IMG/VR virus record: IMGVR_UViG_3300031722_000011
Location: 1-64,000 of that record
Length of the DNA: 64,000 nucleotides
Origin: a virus
Strand: one strand, 5' to 3'
Below, piece by piece: positions 19,162 to 28,848 of the stretch; the stretch's first letter is position 1, and each line of letters starts with the position of its first letter. The notes beneath the pieces were generated by a model. That model was not told where the DNA came from. It saw only the letters and a program-made list of their open reading frames with translations, and did no database searches. The position numbers and the translations under genes are program-made.

Positions 19162-21952
19162 ATGTCTAAACAATTATCTAATCAGAAGAATATACTTAAA
19201 ATACATACAAAAAGACTAAGAAAAAATAATTGGAGTTTAGACTTAGCATTGGAAGAAGCTAAAAAAAATAAAGAAGTTATTCAACTAGGAGATAGCCAAA
19301 CTCTAAGATTTATTAATGAAATATTGGAAATAGAAAATCAAGATGAACAAATTAACAAAATAAAAGAAGAAATAAAGGAACTTGAAAAATTAGATAACTC
19401 CATAGAAAATAGAAAAAAAATAAAAGAATTAAATAAAAAGAAAAATGGATTGAAATTTAATCAAGATTATTTATGTTTGGTTATAGATAAAATTGGAGAT
19501 TTTGATAAATGTAATAGAAGATGTAGTTTCTTTGTAAATGGGAAACAATTTGTAAGATTATTAGGAACTACAGGTGGAATAAAAAACGAAACTATAGTAT
19601 ACGTTAGTAGAGATGTATTTGACCAATTACATAAAAAATTGGATAATGGTAGAGATTTAGATAAACCTTTAGTTCCAGCTAAATTAGAAGCATATAAAGC
19701 ATTATCTTGTAGTATGAGTGTTCCAGTTAGAGATCCAAAAAGCATATTGGTAGTAGATGATTGCATAACTCATTTCAAAGAAGATATAATACAAATAGAT
19801 GATTCTAAAGGAGAAAGACCAGTTTTAGAAATAATAAAAGATTTTGATGTTGAATTAATTGATAGTGATGGTTATGGTCTTATATCTCCACAATTAAGTA
19901 AGTTATGGGGAGTAGATATTAAAGAATGTGAATTAAAAGACAAATTTGTACCAACAGGTTTTTGTATTAGAAATGCTTTTACTAAGGGAATGGTTTTTAC
20001 ATTTGATTTTAAGAGATTTGCAAAACAAATAGCACATAAAAAAATAGTTAAAGATGTGTGGGGGCAAGAGAGAAATATAAATAAAGTTGATTTAATATTA
20101 ACTACTTCCATGCTTAAATTATGGGACAGTTATGAATCATTAGAACACTATTTAGCTTGTTGCAAAGAAAATGAATGGACTTTTAGTATTACAAAAATGT
20201 GTCCAAAAGAATTAGAAAATGAAAGAACATTAAATTATCAATTTTTACAGTCTTTTAAACTTAATGATGAAGATATTAAAGAATTAATTAAACCAACTGT
20301 AGATAGTATCAAAGACAGTTTAACAATGGACTATGCAAAAACATTACTATTCCTAAAGGGAACTAAATTGAATGATAAAAACTCATTTGTTGGAGAAGAT
20401 GATTATGTTAAAGCGTTAATGGTTGATGAAGAATTATTAAATGATCCTTATATACAAGATAGAGTATATAATATGCGAAAGAAACGTATTCAAGATGCAA
20501 AAGTTGGTGTTTTAAATATGCAAGGATGCTATGCTATAATATCTGGCGACCCCTATTCACTATGTCAAAGTATATTTGGTTTAGATGTAACAGGATTACT
20601 AAAAGCCGATGAATTATATAGTAAATATTGGTCAGATAAGAACAGTAAAGAAATAATAGCTTTTAGAGCACCTATGACATGTCATAATAATATAAGAAAA
20701 TTACAAGTAACATCTACAGAAGAAATGCAACAATGGTATAAGTATATGAAAACATGCTTGATACTAAATTCATGGGACACCACAACTCATGCTGAGAACG
20801 GTGCCTGACAAAGATTCAGATGCATTTATTACCACAGATAATCCAGTTCTATTGAGAACGTATGAAAAATTGTTGGCTATATTTTGTGTTCAAAAATCAG
20901 CACAAAAAATTAAAGTCACTGAAAAAAGTCTTATTAAAGCAAACAAAGATGGTTTCGGAGATGATATAGGTACAACTACAAATAGAATAACTGAAATGTT
21001 TGATATATTAGCTAAGTTTAAAGAAGACTCATTAGAATATAAGGAATTAATGTATCGTATAATGTGTGGACAACATTATCAACAATGTGCGATAGATAAA
21101 ATCAAGGGCATAAAATCTAATCCTATGCCTAAAGAATGGTATGATTCAAGAGTAAATAGGATTAAAGTAGATACTAATACAGGAGAAATATTGGATAATG
21201 AAGAAATTATAAAATTAAAAGAGTTTAATACAAAAATTGTAGCTGATAAAAAACCATATTTCTTTATATACATATATCCTCAATTAAAAAATTCATATGA
21301 TAAATTTATAAAAGAAACTGAAAATAAATGTATTACTCAGTTTGGAATTTCATTAAATGAATTATTCAAAAAGAAGAATAAAAATGAGATAGAAGAAAGT
21401 TTCATAAAATATTACAACTTAAAAAATCCAGTTAGTAATAATAATTGTGTAATGAATAAAATATGCAGAGAAATAGAAAGAGAGTTTAAAGGAATTAAAA
21501 ACAAATTAAACAAAACAAAGTTTGATTATACTGTTTTAAAAACAGATGAAAAATACACAAAGAATACTTATAATAAAATAAAAATCATATATGAAGAATA
21601 CATGATTGAGTTGTCACAATTTAAAATGTTGTCTAAAAAGAATAGAGTAGGTAAAGAAGATAAAAACGATGGAATGATAATATTAAAACAAAACTTCAAA
21701 GAAAAATGTCAAGAAGAATGTATTAATAAAGATGAACTTTGCAATATATTAGTTGATATGTGTTATAATACTGAAAAATCTAAACAATTCGTTTGGGATA
21801 TGTGTGGTAATCAAATAATAAATAATTTATTACATAAAAATAATTTCATTATTAACTATCCTGAATTAGATAATATTAATGGAGATGTAGAATTTGGTGG
21901 AGAAAACTTTATTCTAAATACTATTGAAATAAAGAAAGGAGAAGATAAATAA
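19162..21952 (+). CDS. yonO: YonO-like single-subunit (RdRP-related) RNA polymerase, split by a +1 frameshift at 20803-20809
   Basis: DSDGYGLIS, FCIRNAFTKG, AFRAP motifs; ORF1 ends HAENGA* and the +1 frame continues DKDSDAF, rebuilding NGADKDSD; later IDKIKG; HU and morphogenesis genes follow as in SPbeta. Confidence 0.85.
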
Positions 21953-22740
21953 TGAAATTAGAATTAAATGAAAATAGTAAAATAAAAACAATATTAGAAG
22001 AAGGTATAGTATCAGATAAACCAAGTGAAACTATTAACTTATTGGCTAGACATTATAATAAGCAGAGTATGAATCAAGAGCAAATAGTACAAGCAATAAA
22101 TAAATTTATGATAAAAAATGATTCTAGTAAGTATAATAGTGTTACTTGGGAAGATTTAGTCGAAGGAATAGTAAAGACAGTTATAAAAAATAATAATGAT
22201 TTAATAGAGGTAAAAGAAGTTAAGATGACTAAATCAGAAATAGAATATATTAAATCATTAGAAAACGAGAAAATGCAAAAATTAATCTTTACATATTTAG
22301 TGTATGCTAAAATATTCAATCAAATAAATTCTAAAAATAAGAATTGGGTTAAAGGAGAATGTAGGAATGAAGTATTTAAAGACGCAGATATAAAAGAGAC
22401 TGGGAAGGAACAATTAAAAACAATACATAAGTTAGTTAGTCTTGAAGTATTAAAGATAGCTAAAAATATAACAAATAATAGTGTTAATTTAGATAATGTA
22501 ATTAATGATAATAGTGAAGCAGAGTTAATAATAAACGATTTTAGAGAATTAGGATTACAATGGCTTAGATATATAGGTATAAAAGGTGTGTGTAGTTGTA
22601 GTGAATGTGGAACGCTATTTAAAAAGAAGTCTCCTAATAGTAAACAAAAAGTTTGCAACATATGTGCAAAAAATATAAAGAATGAACAGAATAAAGGTTA
22701 TTATCATAATTTAGGAAAATGTAAAACAACGTCTAAGTAA
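21952..22740 (+). CDS. hypothetical protein with C-terminal Zn ribbon, coupled to the RNAP gene
   Basis: TAATG overlap; CSECG..VCNIC. Confidence 0.75.
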   Translation: MKLELNENSKIKTILEEGIVSDKPSETINLLARHYNKQSMNQEQIVQAINKFMIKNDSSKYNSVTWEDLVEGIVKTVIKNNNDLIEVKEVKMTKSEIEYIKSLENEKMQKLIFTYLVYAKIFNQINSKNKNWVKGECRNEVFKDADIKETGKEQLKTIHKLVSLEVLKIAKNITNNSVNLDNVINDNSEAELIINDFRELGLQWLRYIGIKGVCSCSECGTLFKKKSPNSKQKVCNICAKNIKNEQNKGYYHNLGKCKTTSK

Positions 22741-23050
22741 GTAATATCAACGCTTAACAGAGCTACCTCCAGTTTCCTATAGTGATAGGATATAAGCGAT
22801 ATTATTCCTGTCAAATACTTTTAATTTTTTCATTTTTCCACATCTACCTTTATAATTATTTTAACTCTCTCCTGACATTGGCAAGGTACAAACAGGTATT
22901 CTTGCCTTGTTAGAGAAAGAAAATATGATTGTGGTATGAATTGAATGGTAAAACAAAAATAAATTAATGTATAAAACAATGCTTAATTCAACTGAAAAGT
23001 TGTTTTAAAATAAGCGTGACTGCTGAAAACGTCACTAGGAGGAATTAACA

Positions 23051-23608
23051 ATGTATTGCAAAATATGTAAGAAAGAAAAATTAGAACAAAAATTTTACAA
23101 AGGATTTAAAGAATGTAAAGATTGTTTAGAAGAGCATCTAAATAAATTACCTAATACCGTAGCTTATGAAAAAGTAAAAGATTTATTACAAAATAATAAC
23201 TATGTTGTTAATGAAGAATTGTTACATAGTATTTTCTTTAGCGATGAAGATACTATAAGAGGAAAAAATAATATTGGTAGATTAGGTCATTATTTAAAGG
23301 ATATAAATAGTCTTCCACAATATAATAAATATAGAATTAAAGTTGTTGAAAAATCAGATATAGACTTTATAAATGATGATATTAAACAATTAAAGAAGAA
23401 TATAGAAAATGCAATTCAAAAAGAAGATTTCAATGCACATAATAAATGGATGAACTGTTTAAGAGATGCTATTGAGTTGAGAGAAACATTACTAGGAGGT
23501 AGTAAATATACTATTAATCTAGGTACAATTAATGTTAATAGTAGTAGTGCTGAAGATCTTATGAATGAAATAATAAAATTAGCAGAAAAGAAAGTAAAAT
23601 GTAATTAG
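23051..23608 (+). CDS. Zn-finger protein, N-terminus paralogous to 36077-37117
   Basis: YCKICKKEK..KFYK..CKDC; GHYLKDI. Confidence 0.7.
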   Translation: MYCKICKKEKLEQKFYKGFKECKDCLEEHLNKLPNTVAYEKVKDLLQNNNYVVNEELLHSIFFSDEDTIRGKNNIGRLGHYLKDINSLPQYNKYRIKVVEKSDIDFINDDIKQLKKNIENAIQKEDFNAHNKWMNCLRDAIELRETLLGGSKYTINLGTINVNSSSAEDLMNEIIKLAEKKVKCN

Positions 23609-23677
23609 TAATTAAAACACGTTAAAATGTTTTAAAATATATTTTAGGTGGCGACTGACGCTAAGGAGATAATAAAT

Positions 23678-24202
23678 ATGACAAATCAATTTTTAGAAAA
23701 CGAGAAAATATCTTTAGAAGATAAAATTACAAAAGCTAGAGAAGGTAATAATGAAAATACATACAAGAATTTAATTCAAGCTTATGAAAGAGTTTTAGAA
23801 TTGATTAGAAAAGAAAATGTATGGACAGATATGTATTCACATTATAAATTGAAAATTGAAGATGAGTTTCAAGACGTAGTATCTACGTGGAAGCAAAAGG
23901 GTGAAGACATCAAAGACCATAAGATTTATAAAATTGAAAAAGAAATAACAAATGATAATGAAAAAATAGGTATAGCATTAAAAAGTATGTTTGAAAAATA
24001 TCAAAGTAATGAAACTAAAAAAGCAATTGAATCTATAATAAAACGTAAAATAGATGAAGATGAAAGTTTTTATGATGTATTAAAATCTTTATCAAATGAA
24101 TGGGATGATTTTACTGAAAACAATAAGAAAAATATTAGTAGAACAATTGCAGGAATAAGAAATGAAGATTGCTTTAAAGCATTATTAGATAATTTAAAAT
24201 AA
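23678..24202 (+). CDS. hypothetical protein with a tape-measure-like C-terminal segment
   Basis: AAGGAG RBS; C-terminal WDDFTENNKKNISRTIAGIRNEDCFKALLDN. Confidence 0.65.
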   Translation: MTNQFLENEKISLEDKITKAREGNNENTYKNLIQAYERVLELIRKENVWTDMYSHYKLKIEDEFQDVVSTWKQKGEDIKDHKIYKIEKEITNDNEKIGIALKSMFEKYQSNETKKAIESIIKRKIDEDESFYDVLKSLSNEWDDFTENNKKNISRTIAGIRNEDCFKALLDNLK

Positions 24203-24308
24203 AATATAACTTTTAAGATAATAAATTAATGTATAAACAAATAGTAAATATCCCTATTAAGGGTTATAAAATAAATTAAATTAGAGAGAAGAAAGAGGAG
24301 ATTAAAAA

Positions 24309-24638
24309 ATGAGTAAAGTAAAAACAATTAAAAAGGACGAAATTTTAACAATTATTAAAGATGTATATGGATTCTCTACAAAGAAAGAAGCTGAAACTAG
24401 ATTTTGTGATTTGGATTCTTTAATAGAAGTTATTTCAAGTAATTTAAATGCTGGAGAAAAGGTTAATATAGGAAAGTATTTAGTTTTAGAAAAGAAGCAT
24501 GTGGAAGCTAAACCATCTAAGAACGGAGAAATGACTAGAGTAATTGATGGAGTTAATACAAAAGTACCTTATACTACAGAAGCTAAACCAGAACACGATG
24601 AAGTTAGACTAAAATCAACCAAACAGTTAAATAAATAA
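24309..24638 (+). CDS. HU-like DNA-binding protein
   Basis: KDEIL..TKKEAE..LNAGEKVNIG..beta arm..VRLKSTKQL; syntenic with SPbeta yonN. Confidence 0.75.
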   Translation: MSKVKTIKKDEILTIIKDVYGFSTKKEAETRFCDLDSLIEVISSNLNAGEKVNIGKYLVLEKKHVEAKPSKNGEMTRVIDGVNTKVPYTTEAKPEHDEVRLKSTKQLNK

Positions 24639-24786
24639 TAAATAGACCTTTGAGAAGGACTAGATTAGAAATAATTAGTCCTTCTTTTTATATTAATCAT
24701 AGAACTTATATTATTGTATAGGTTGTTAGTTAATATAAAACAAAAATATATACCGTATATATCGGTGGAGGGTTTGAGGGAGAATT

Positions 24787-26268
24787 ATGGGAGGAAAAAA
24801 GAATAAAGAAAATGAAATTGTAATAAGTTTAAATGGAAATCAATCACAAGAAGTAGTAGGCAGTAATATGAGCATTTCATATTTATCAGATACAGGTAGA
24901 AAATGTGTTTTAGTTGAATTAGGAATGATACAAAATAATGATATGGCTGACGAATATATACTAAATAAGGAAATGTTAAATAATATTCCTATTAAAGAGT
25001 CAGATTATTGTTTTATGTTTCATTTACATTGTGACCATATTGGGCTGTTCCCGTCGCTATCTTCAATGGGATTTAAAGGCAGGATAATAACAACAAAAAC
25101 CAATGCAATATTATCTAAACCAATGTTAAAAGATTGCATTAAGATTCATGTAAAAAATTGTGAGTATTTAAGGGAGAATAAAGATAAATTTAAAAAGAAA
25201 ATAAAAGGAAAAGTTAAAGAATTATTTGAAGAAAAAGACTTAGATAATGTAATGAGTATGATGGACGTTTATGAATTAGATAACATACATCATTTAGATG
25301 ATTATTTATCTTTTAGATTTACAAATAACTCACATATTATTGGTGCTACACAATTAGAGATTTTCATAAAGAAATTTGGAACAAATGTTGTAAAAAAGAT
25401 TTGTATTACAAGTGACTTAGGAAATACAGATAATTATTCATATACATATTTTACAGAACCAACAATTCCAGTGTCTAGTTCAAATATTCTTTTCGTAGAA
25501 AGTACATATGGATTAGGAGATAGAAATTTCAACAAGAGAATTTGTATAGAAGAAAGAAAACAATTGGAAAAAGATATATTAGGATTTGTTAATTACAATC
25601 ATTCATGTATGATACCATGTTTTGCTTTATCTAGGCTTAGCAATATGATGTGTTGGCTCTATGATACATTTAAAGATAGATGGGACATGTCTAAGCCAAT
25701 TGTAATAGCAACTAATCTAGGTAAAAAAATAAATGATAAAATGTATGAAGTTTTGGATAATGAAGACTTGGCTTATTGGGATGAAGTTATGACTTGGAAA
25801 GCTTTTAAATTCATAAATGACAACAAGAGTTGTGAAGCGTTTGTTAATTCTAAACCAAAAAGCTATTTAGTTTTAAGTTCTAGTGGGATGATTTCGGGTG
25901 GGTTTAGTAATCTATTTGTTAATCAAATGTTACAAGATTCTCATAATGGAATATTATTTTGTGGATACTGCTCGCCAAATACAATAGGTGGTCAATTATT
26001 AGATGATAGTACAGATACAGTTATTGTTGATGGCAAGACATTAAAAAAGAGATGTATTGTGAAAAGATATTATTCATTTAGTAGCCATGCATCACAAAAA
26101 GATATTATAAATTATATCAAACAATGTGATTGTCAAAAAGTAATATTACAACATGGTTCAAATGATGCAAAAGAAGAATTAAAGAAATTATCTGAAATAG
26201 AATTAAGCAAAATGAACAGAACAACAAAAGTTATTTCATCGTATAAGGATATGCAAATGACTTTATAA
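24787..26268 (+). CDS. MBL-fold beta-CASP metallo-hydrolase (probable RNase)
   Basis: HLHCDHIG, SHIIGA, TSDLG, VESTYG, SSSGM, FSSHA, QHG. Confidence 0.9.
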   Translation: MGGKKNKENEIVISLNGNQSQEVVGSNMSISYLSDTGRKCVLVELGMIQNNDMADEYILNKEMLNNIPIKESDYCFMFHLHCDHIGLFPSLSSMGFKGRIITTKTNAILSKPMLKDCIKIHVKNCEYLRENKDKFKKKIKGKVKELFEEKDLDNVMSMMDVYELDNIHHLDDYLSFRFTNNSHIIGATQLEIFIKKFGTNVVKKICITSDLGNTDNYSYTYFTEPTIPVSSSNILFVESTYGLGDRNFNKRICIEERKQLEKDILGFVNYNHSCMIPCFALSRLSNMMCWLYDTFKDRWDMSKPIVIATNLGKKINDKMYEVLDNEDLAYWDEVMTWKAFKFINDNKSCEAFVNSKPKSYLVLSSSGMISGGFSNLFVNQMLQDSHNGILFCGYCSPNTIGGQLLDDSTDTVIVDGKTLKKRCIVKRYYSFSSHASQKDIINYIKQCDCQKVILQHGSNDAKEELKKLSEIELSKMNRTTKVISSYKDMQMTL

Positions 26269-26304
26269 AATAAATTAAAACATAATTAAAGGAGATAGAG
26301 AAAA

Positions 26305-26643
26305 ATGGGAAAAGCAATTAAAGTAGATTATAAAGGTATTAAAGCAGAATATAAAGATGGTGAATTTAAGGGAACTCTTGAAACATTAAATGAAGAAGGT
26401 ACTGAAACTGTAGTTACTGAGGTAAACATAACAGATGAGGTAAAAGAATTATTAGCTTCACTTGAAGAAGAAGATACAATTGCAATTAATATTAAGAAAT
26501 TTAAAGAAACAGTACCAAAAGAAAAACAACCTATCTTTAAATATCATTGTAGTTGTGAAGAAAAGGAAATAAAAAGTAAAAATGAAGGTTTACATATTCA
26601 TTGTAATGATTGCGATGAAGACTTTACTCAAATTGATAAATAG
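26305..26643 (+). CDS. hypothetical protein with C-terminal Zn ribbon
   Basis: YHCSC..IHCNDC. Confidence 0.7.
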   Translation: MGKAIKVDYKGIKAEYKDGEFKGTLETLNEEGTETVVTEVNITDEVKELLASLEEEDTIAINIKKFKETVPKEKQPIFKYHCSCEEKEIKSKNEGLHIHCNDCDEDFTQIDK

Positions 26644-26699
26644 TGTAAAATGTTATTATATATAGTTCTAAGGGATTTACCTAAAAGTCCCTTTCCAAT

Positions 26700-26815
26700 A
26701 GTAGAGACAAATTAAGGAGTCATGACCTTAATTAAAATAGCTTATCTCAATCGGCTATGTCTCTATTTTATTAATGATTGAGAAATAAATTATAGAAAGA
26801 AGATTGAGAAAAATG
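26700..26815 (+). ncRNA. cloverleaf leader RNA (c4/CI-like), copy 2
   Basis: outer stem AGTAGAGACA/TGTCTCTATT, hairpin AATTAAGG/CCTTAATT, hairpin ATAGCT-TATCTCAATC-GGCTAT; targets GATTGAGA at 26776 and 26802. Confidence 0.7.
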
Positions 26816-28243
26816 AAAAAGATAAGTAGAAAAATAATTTTAGATAATTTACCTAGAATTAAAGAAAATAGAAATAAAGAACGTATAGATTGGAGAAATT
26901 CGATTGGATATACAATAAATTTTATATATGCTGAGGTAGAAGGTTCAGTTTATATAAAACAATATAATAATGACAAAAGAGATTTGGTTATTGTATATAA
27001 AGGAGAAGATTTTCATATTACATGTGATAACCTTGCAAAATGTGCTTTTGGAAAAATTTTAGGATTAATGACAAAAAACTTTAAAGTTGAAATAGGTACA
27101 AGATTTAAAGATAATAAAAGAGATATAACCATAACAGACAGAGAATATAGAAAAGATAAAAGGGGACAAAATTGGAAATGGTATAAATACACTTGCAACA
27201 CATGTAACTGGACAGAAGGTTGGGTTGAAGAAGGAAATTTGCAAAGAGGTGATAATTGTTCTTGTTGTCGTGGTCTTGTTGTTATAGAAGGAATAAACGA
27301 TATACCTACAACTGCTCCTTGGTTAATTCCTTATTTTCAAGGTGGTTATAATGAGGCTAAATTGTACACTAAATGGGGAACTGGAAACTCCAATAATTTT
27401 GGAGGTTATATAAATCCTGTTTGTCCAGATTGTATAAGAATCAAAGATAAAAAAATTAAAATTAGAGATATATATACAAATAAATCAATAGGATGTATCT
27501 GTAGTGATGGTCAGAGTTTTCCTAATAAGACAATGTTTAATATTTTAGAACAATTAGGAATAGATTTTATACCAGAATACAATCCAGAATGGATTAAACC
27601 TAAACGTTATGATTTTTATATACCTTCAATAAATAAAATAATAGAAATGGATGGACAATTTCATAAAAATAACAATCAAATGAATGGACAAACTTCCAAA
27701 GAAAGTAATGAGTTAGATGAGTATAAAGATAATTTAGCAAGAGAACGTGATATAGAGGTTATTAGAATTGATTGTGATTATCCTAACATGGAAACTAGAT
27801 TTGAATATATAAAAAATAATGTAATTCATAATAGTAGATTAAATAATCTATTTGATTTGAGTAAAATAGACTGGTTTAAATGTAACGAATTTGCTTTAAG
27901 TAATCTAGTTAAAGTAGCTTGTGACTTATGGAATAAAGGAATATATAGTATAAAAGGAATATCTAGTATTATGCATATAAATGTTACAACAACTAGAACT
28001 TATTTAAAGAATGGAACAGAAAATAGTTGGTGCAATTACAATGGTGAAAAAGAACAAAATAAAAATATTAAACAAATGGCAAGTAAAATATCTAAACCCA
28101 TAAAATGTTTAACTGATAATAAATCATTTAAAAGTATAGTTGAAGCATCAAAATATTATAATATGGGAGAATCAACTATAAGCATGGTTTGTGGTGGGAA
28201 AAGAAAAACTGCGAAAGGTATGGTCTTTGAATATGAAATGTGA
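26813..28243 (+). CDS. free-standing endonuclease: Zn ribbons, Vsr/DUF559-like nuclease, NUMOD1-like tail
   Basis: CxxC pairs; RYDFYIP..IIEMDGQFH; C-terminal FKSIVEAS..ISMVCGGKRKTAKGMVF. Confidence 0.8.
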   Translation: MKKISRKIILDNLPRIKENRNKERIDWRNSIGYTINFIYAEVEGSVYIKQYNNDKRDLVIVYKGEDFHITCDNLAKCAFGKILGLMTKNFKVEIGTRFKDNKRDITITDREYRKDKRGQNWKWYKYTCNTCNWTEGWVEEGNLQRGDNCSCCRGLVVIEGINDIPTTAPWLIPYFQGGYNEAKLYTKWGTGNSNNFGGYINPVCPDCIRIKDKKIKIRDIYTNKSIGCICSDGQSFPNKTMFNILEQLGIDFIPEYNPEWIKPKRYDFYIPSINKIIEMDGQFHKNNNQMNGQTSKESNELDEYKDNLARERDIEVIRIDCDYPNMETRFEYIKNNVIHNSRLNNLFDLSKIDWFKCNEFALSNLVKVACDLWNKGIYSIKGISSIMHINVTTTRTYLKNGTENSWCNYNGEKEQNKNIKQMASKISKPIKCLTDNKSFKSIVEASKYYNMGESTISMVCGGKRKTAKGMVFEYEM

Positions 28244-28358
28244 TTTATGTCAACATCAAAGAGTATGTTGGATGTATAAAGACCATATTAGTAAAATAGT
28301 AGACGGTGGAATTCAAATAACTATAGATAAATGTAGAGAATTTGATGAAGTTAGATAA
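28233..28358 (+). CDS. small Cys-rich protein (41 aa, MKCDLCQHQRVC...KCREF)
   Basis: CxxCxHxxVC..C pattern; overlaps the endonuclease stop; followed by a terminator-like hairpin. Confidence 0.55.
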   Translation: MKCDLCQHQRVCWMYKDHISKIVDGGIQITIDKCREFDEVR

Positions 28359-28387
28359 GGCATATACTCGTTGAGATATGACCTTTT

Positions 28388-28743
28388 ATATGGGTGGATA
28401 GTGGAGTGATTAAAACAACTAATTTATTAGGAAATTAAGAATCGTGTATTGGTAATACAAATCGAATAAGAATAGCTTCGATTTCCGAGCTATCGGACAT
28501 TAATATATAGCATTTGACCTAGTTAGGGTATGGATACTAATCTGCTATTCAAGGCGTTATTCGGATTATCGTCTTTAGTTATGTTTTTACATATGCTAAA
28601 AATCCGATACCAAAAGACCTCACAAGGCTATGACTTTTCACTTGATGTTTGTCGGGCTAAAGTTATCCTCAAATAGTGCCAATTATTTATGATGATGAAG
28701 TACAAGTCATTATAATATCACGTAGGCTAGTGGTTATCCATAT
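28388..28743 (+). ncRNA. unidentified large structured RNA (~355 nt)
   Basis: ORF-free, higher GC than flanks, closing stem 28388-28397/28734-28743 and many internal helices with G-U pairs that favour the + strand. Confidence 0.65.
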
Positions 28744-28848
28744 GGGCGTGAAAATAATAAATATTTATAATAAAGATAATCCTTGAACGTTGATGATAAT
28801 GTGCAAGGTATTTTTTAATGAATATTTAAAAAGATGGAGAGATATGAG

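Noticed and set aside
20789-20830. Intron or intein in the polymerase, or a true two-subunit enzyme starting at ATG 20789
   Set aside because: There is no intervening sequence. The ATG has no SD and would give MLRTVP in place of the conserved NGA. Group I-style excision of the single G after the wobble U would give Tyr, not the catalytic Asp.
20806-20841. Selenocysteine or stop read-through at the polymerase TGA
   Set aside because: The same frame stops again after 10 codons; the conserved sequence continues only in the +1 frame.
28388-28743. tmRNA, tRNA cluster or group I intron
   Set aside because: No acceptor stem, T-arm or CCA end; only vague P/Q/R/S-like words, no convincing P3/P7, and no interrupted gene.
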